This document shows, piece after piece, positions 59,129 through 64,000 of a DNA stretch of 64,000 nt. The notes below the pieces were generated by a model that did no database searches, was not told the DNA's origin, and was given only the letters and a program-made list of their open reading frames with translations. A program made the position numbers and the translations under genes. The DNA is from Eremomyces bilateralis CBS 781.70 (taxonomy: Eukaryota), in the NCBI GenBank assembly GCA_010015585.1, contig ML975150.1. One strand, written 5' to 3'. Position 1 is the stretch's first letter; the number at the start of each line of letters is the position of its first letter.

Positions 59129-62100
59129 CTCTCGCCCCGGTTCTGTGTCTCTGGCATTACCGACGGTCGACGCTGTAGGGTCCAGCGTGTTCCCGTGCCT
59201 CGCGCGTGCGATGTTTAGGGAAGAGATGGCGATTATCGTGTCCTCTACGGTCTCTGGTGCGAGGCGAAAGGCGAGTCGCACAAGAAAATTCGCGTGAGAA
59301 CACGTCAAGGGTCGGAAGAATGGTCGGTCGGATGATGAGATGGAGATGGGAGATGGGATATTATTAGATGCGACCGAGAGGGCCAAAAATAATGTATTGA
59401 GTAACCGAGCAACCCCAACCAATCTCCAATGGACAAGCGAGATGAGATAGCGACGAAAAAGACGAAAGAATTGAAGAAAGTGAAGATGCAAAGAATGTGG
59501 GCAAGGCTTCTATCGTGATGGAAGTGCAGGAAGTCGGATGGAGATGGGCGGAGGAGAAGAGGAAGAGGAAGAGATGATCGGGACGAAGGATGGGAAGGAA
59601 AGAGCGAGCGACTGGGAGGTGGCAGTGACGGTGCTGATTGGACGGGTTTTGGATGGAGCCCAGTGTTATCTGGGAATTGAGGAAAGAAGGGGGAAATTCA
59701 AGAAGAAGAGGAAAGAGCGATTTCAGGTTGGTGCTGTGCAGGCAACAGGAGAGTGAAGGAGGCTGGACCGGGAATCTTCGAGGAAGGTGCGGCAAACAAC
59801 TACTGGATTCAACCAGATTCAAGCAAGCCCGATGATGGCAATGGAATGGAATTGGGGCGACTGGCCGAGACCGCGACAAAGACGAAGTCTGAAGAGCGAT
59901 GAGAGATGAGATGTGGCCAACTACCAATCAGAGGGCGGCAATCCTGGTGAGCACCCATCGTTGTCGTGGAGTCGTGGGTCTTTTGGGCTGAGCATAGTGG
60001 CATGGCACGCATGGCTCTGGTAAAAGGGGCCCGGCATGGGATGGATTAGAGGGGGTCAACTGTCATGTCATGTATTGCTTAGAATGAGGTAATCATCCAG
60101 GTTAGGCATGGAACCGGTGGCCCTGGTGACACAATCTGCAATACGCGGGTTTTGCACACCATTAGTAGAGAGATTTACAGCATTTGTTTCGATATTGCTG
60201 ACGCATGCGGTAATATTGAGCCATTGATTGGCCGATTTGTATTTTCCCTCCCGATATTCTCCTACTGCGTATACAGTTGTACTCCGTACTCATCTTTCGC
60301 TCCGAGTCCCACGCCAGCACGGGTCGTTCATCCATTGCCCTTCGTCATGATACCGAATTCGGGCATATCAATATTCAATGCCTTCGCCCCGAGAAAAATG
60401 TCTCATGACTTGGGAGGTGAGAATTCAAACTCCAAATGGCCATTCTGACGCTGATGCGACGAAACCACCCTCCGAATCAGCCGTTGGGTCATGGATGACC
60501 TCGTCACTTCGGAGTTCTAACCTCTGCTCGCAAGTCTCAGCTCCCCGTCTCCACTGATCATCTTTAGGCAAATGCCGATCAGTTTCGAACTGAAGGTTCA
60601 ATCCAATAATCTTTCATATTTGAGACCCGCTCCCCTTTTCCCGAGGGGCTCGGCGTTGTACAGAGAGTTATTTTGGATTATACAGATGTATTGCAGAGAT
60701 GCCATCGCCCGCGTTGAGAGGACAGATACTCCTGTGCGAGATCCATCTCAAGGTTCCTGTTGAGAGGAATGCAGGTTTGCGTGCAGAGAGTTATTGCCGA
60801 CGTGCAGTAGGCCAACGCCATCGTGGACACTATCTCCATTCAACCCGCCCACCATCTCGAACTCGCTCCACGCCATATCCGTCATCCGCTCGCACCAAAA
60901 CGACGGTTCGTCAACAGGTCCCAGAGCTGTCCCTTTGCCCCTGTCCCACTCTTCCCATTTCCAACCGCCTGCCACGCGTAAATATGGACGATTCAAGGCT
61001 ATAGGGCACCATGTCTGCATCATCGATTAGAGAAATTCGGACTTGGGAACCGCGCGGTGCCGGTGACGTCTCGTCGGGTATTTTGTCCATCGGCATGGAA
61101 TCCCTAATCGATAGTTATGGTATTATCGCCGTACCGCTCCAGGATACAGCGTGGCGCATCTGCATGCACGCCTCAACCCCTTGAAGATGTGAACATCTCG
61201 TCATTCGTCATCGACGACGCGTATCTAAGACCATGGTTGTTCTGTTATTATCGGACCGCCGAAACATGAATTACACCATCGTTCCCTAAATTCTAGTGCA
61301 GTGCTTAACTACTATCACCACGATAGATTGATGGAATTGAGCCCTGCATACAGTACAAGTAGGTACCCGATGGGGCGGTCGTGTCAGTATCTCATACCCC
61401 ATTCATCAATCCCTACAGGATCAACGTCTCCATCTACCATTGTCAAGTCTTGGTGCTAGGTTTCTCCAACGATCCAACCTCCAACTTCAAGGCGATGGCC
61501 GTTCTACAGGCGTTCAGGACGTGTTCTCTGCTAGGTGAAAGACCTTAAAGGTATCTGAGTCCGGATGTCACAAAGCATTCTACTTGACTATCATCACAAG
61601 AAGGCTGTTGTGTTTTCTCCAACAAGGCACAAACTACATGTAGCTCTCTATCACTACGTCTATGCAAGGACAACTCCAGGCGAATCTAATACCGTAACTG
61701 ACTGCGATTCCCTACCAGTGTCGGTAGTATCAATTCCATTTCCTGACTCATTTCGTACTTCAATCTCCACGCGTCTCAAGTCCATCGCAACTTTATTGCG
61801 ATCCCCACCGTATCCTTGATGCTTCTCAACCTCGATTCGTCCCCACTCAGCACGAGCGGAAAATCGACGTTTCTCACAGCCCATGTTCCGTCAGAGACGA
61901 AGCTGGATTGATATACCATTCCTCTCGCATCACGATCCTGAGGACCAGTTCTAGGAGCAACGTCCATCTCTTGATGAAAATTTTCATCGATGCCCCTACG
62001 ATGGTAACAGATCGTAGGTACTTAGTACCGCACTTAGTATGGCACTTCCCTCCAACAGACCACCGGAAGCGTCTTGCGTTCCAGTCGTACTGATACGAAA

Positions 62101-64000
62101 GGGGTATCGGTCAGTTCCTTAGCATGGACGCCCAGCCCCTGTCCCAGTTGACTTCGATTCTTCTTCCATTTCAGCTTTCGAAGTCTCATCCTCGATATCC
62201 TCTTCTCTTCTCTCGAATTTCGGCATCCCTTTCCCCTTTGGTCCCCATCAGCGGAGCACTACATGCCCTTAGTATCCCAGCCGGCCTCTTTCTCTTACTT
62301 ATCCCTCTCTTGCTTGCCCCTCTCATTCAAGCCCCTCTCCTTCAAGTTCATCTCTTTCAAGTCCATCTCAGAACTGCCAAACTCATTGAAAAGGGGAGCT
62401 GGATTTGGATTTAGGTGCTTCCTGCGCTGTCTTTATACTTGCAACTGCATGTTAAAATACTCGATTCGATTCGATTCGATTATTTTAGTTCTCATTTAAT
62501 TGTTCTTCGCTCCGCTGTGAATCCGTAGTAGCTAGAGCATTGTACTCAACCGAACGTTCGATCGGATAAATGCACCTGTCATGGTTCCTCTTGAAAATAC
62601 ATCCCCGTTGAAGGAAGGCCCATCTCATGTCTCAGTATTCTCTTACATAGATCGGGGGGTCTTCTGGACCCCAGGAGGCATTCATCACCGCCATTGATGG
62701 TCTGCTGTCTCCCCCTTCTATCTCCTCTATACAGCCTAGTAGGGCACGACTCCTGAGTAGAGTGGTTGGTTATAGGATTGAGATCAATGCTGGAACGGAC
62801 TTGAATGGACTAGAGCAAACGGTTCCTCAACAGCTCAAGTCTCCATGGCGGCCAAGTCTAAGGATGGGGAGCGGCTGCGAAGGGCACTGAATTGAATAAA
62901 AATAGCCCAATCTAAGGAGAGTTCGGGGTCCTTGAAAATGTCCTTGTATGACGGGGTCGCTTTGGATAGATTGACAATGTTCTGGAACAGCTTCGCGGTA
63001 ATGAGGTACGTTAAAACCGAAGGATTTGCGGGACCGTTGCGTCTTTGATCACTTTCATATTTTGATACTTTAGAAGCACTCCGCCATACTCTTTCAATCC
63101 GACATTCTCCTGGCCTCTGTCGGCGGAAATTGGTCTCCGCCTCAGTCCTCACCCCCAGTCCCAGTAGCACGGAGATTATTCAGTAAATACATAGCAAATG
63201 GCAATCGACATGTCCAGAGTTCCAGACTTCATGGTTCGCCTTTCAACTTCCGTTCAGTTATCGATTACTACGAACGGCTAGTTAGGAGGACTTTTCGCAG
63301 CCATAAGGTTAAGGTCGTTTCCGAAATGTTGCCAGAGACGGATATTCCCCTCTTTGGCGCTCGATATTAATAATATGACTGATCCTTCAATGTCCAGCAC
63401 CTTTTCTATCCAGCGAACGGCGTCTTCTATGAGGCATCTCATAACCATTTCCTATTCAATATTAATAATAATAATAATACAGGATCACCGAGTGGCGAGC
63501 AGAGTACTGAGTCGGTAGCTTAGCAATTAGCACGTAATAAGCACTACATAGTTGGCATTTCAGTAATTAGCCCTAATTATGCCCCGACGTCAACGGTGAC
63601 TCCTCCGGGTTTTGGCGGACGAACTGCAACACTTGCGCAATTTGTATTAGGATTCAGTTGCGCCTTACTGACCTGAAGGCCATTCATAAGGGTCCGTTTC
63701 TGTAGATATATCTATATGAGAGAATGGATTATGAGCCGAAGAGCATTGGACATATCGACGCCAGATGGTGAACATTCGTACCGACGTATGTAACCTAGGA
63801 AAGGCAATCCTCACAGCACCCCCTCAAAAGGCCCTCCTTCACAGGACGAAACCACCGAACGAACTCCTCAGATTCCAACGTTCCACAGAACCTGATAACC
63901 AAGCATGAATGACCCCTTCCAGCCATCTCAATATACCAATCCCGCCCTCCCTCAATTCCTCCCTTTGGACGGCATGCCCTCCATCAACCGTACCGAAGAC

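Noticed and set aside
60400..63450. Short ORF fragments at the right end of the window
   Set aside because: No recognisable motifs or consistent splice path; a gene or pseudogene call cannot be supported.

Overview
This is genomic DNA from a filamentous ascomycete (Pezizomycotina): short GT-AG introns with CTRAC branch sites and one assembly gap at 5589-5623. Conserved housekeeping genes lie at both ends. At the left are an Ark1/Prk1-type kinase (partial) and GRR1. From 34.5 kb onward are SCS3, a Rab5/Vps21 GTPase, an ING-type PHD protein, an acyl-CoA synthetase, a LicD/Mnn4-like protein, the U2AF small subunit, a SET6-like protein, RPD3 and a DUF3405-like protein. Between about 12 and 34 kb is an accessory-looking tract. 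It holds decayed sequence, an unannotated 49-aa Cys-rich gene, a fucose-permease pseudogene, a hairpin-like pogo-type MITE, a small CxxC protein and a large NOV/sacsin-like ATPase-nuclease. It also holds a compact five-gene lipid-modification cluster with no PKS/NRPS backbone gene (atypical P450, TLC-domain protein, CDP-alcohol phosphotransferase, fatty-acid hydroxylase/desaturase, spinster-like MFS), which is the best candidate for an undescribed system. Other highlights are a secreted His1 protein with an LPMO-like motif pattern (45530-46693), a densely base-paired candidate ncRNA (about 47650-48030) and a GC-AG intron in the U2AF small-subunit gene. All family assignments come from motif recognition by eye, not from database searches.
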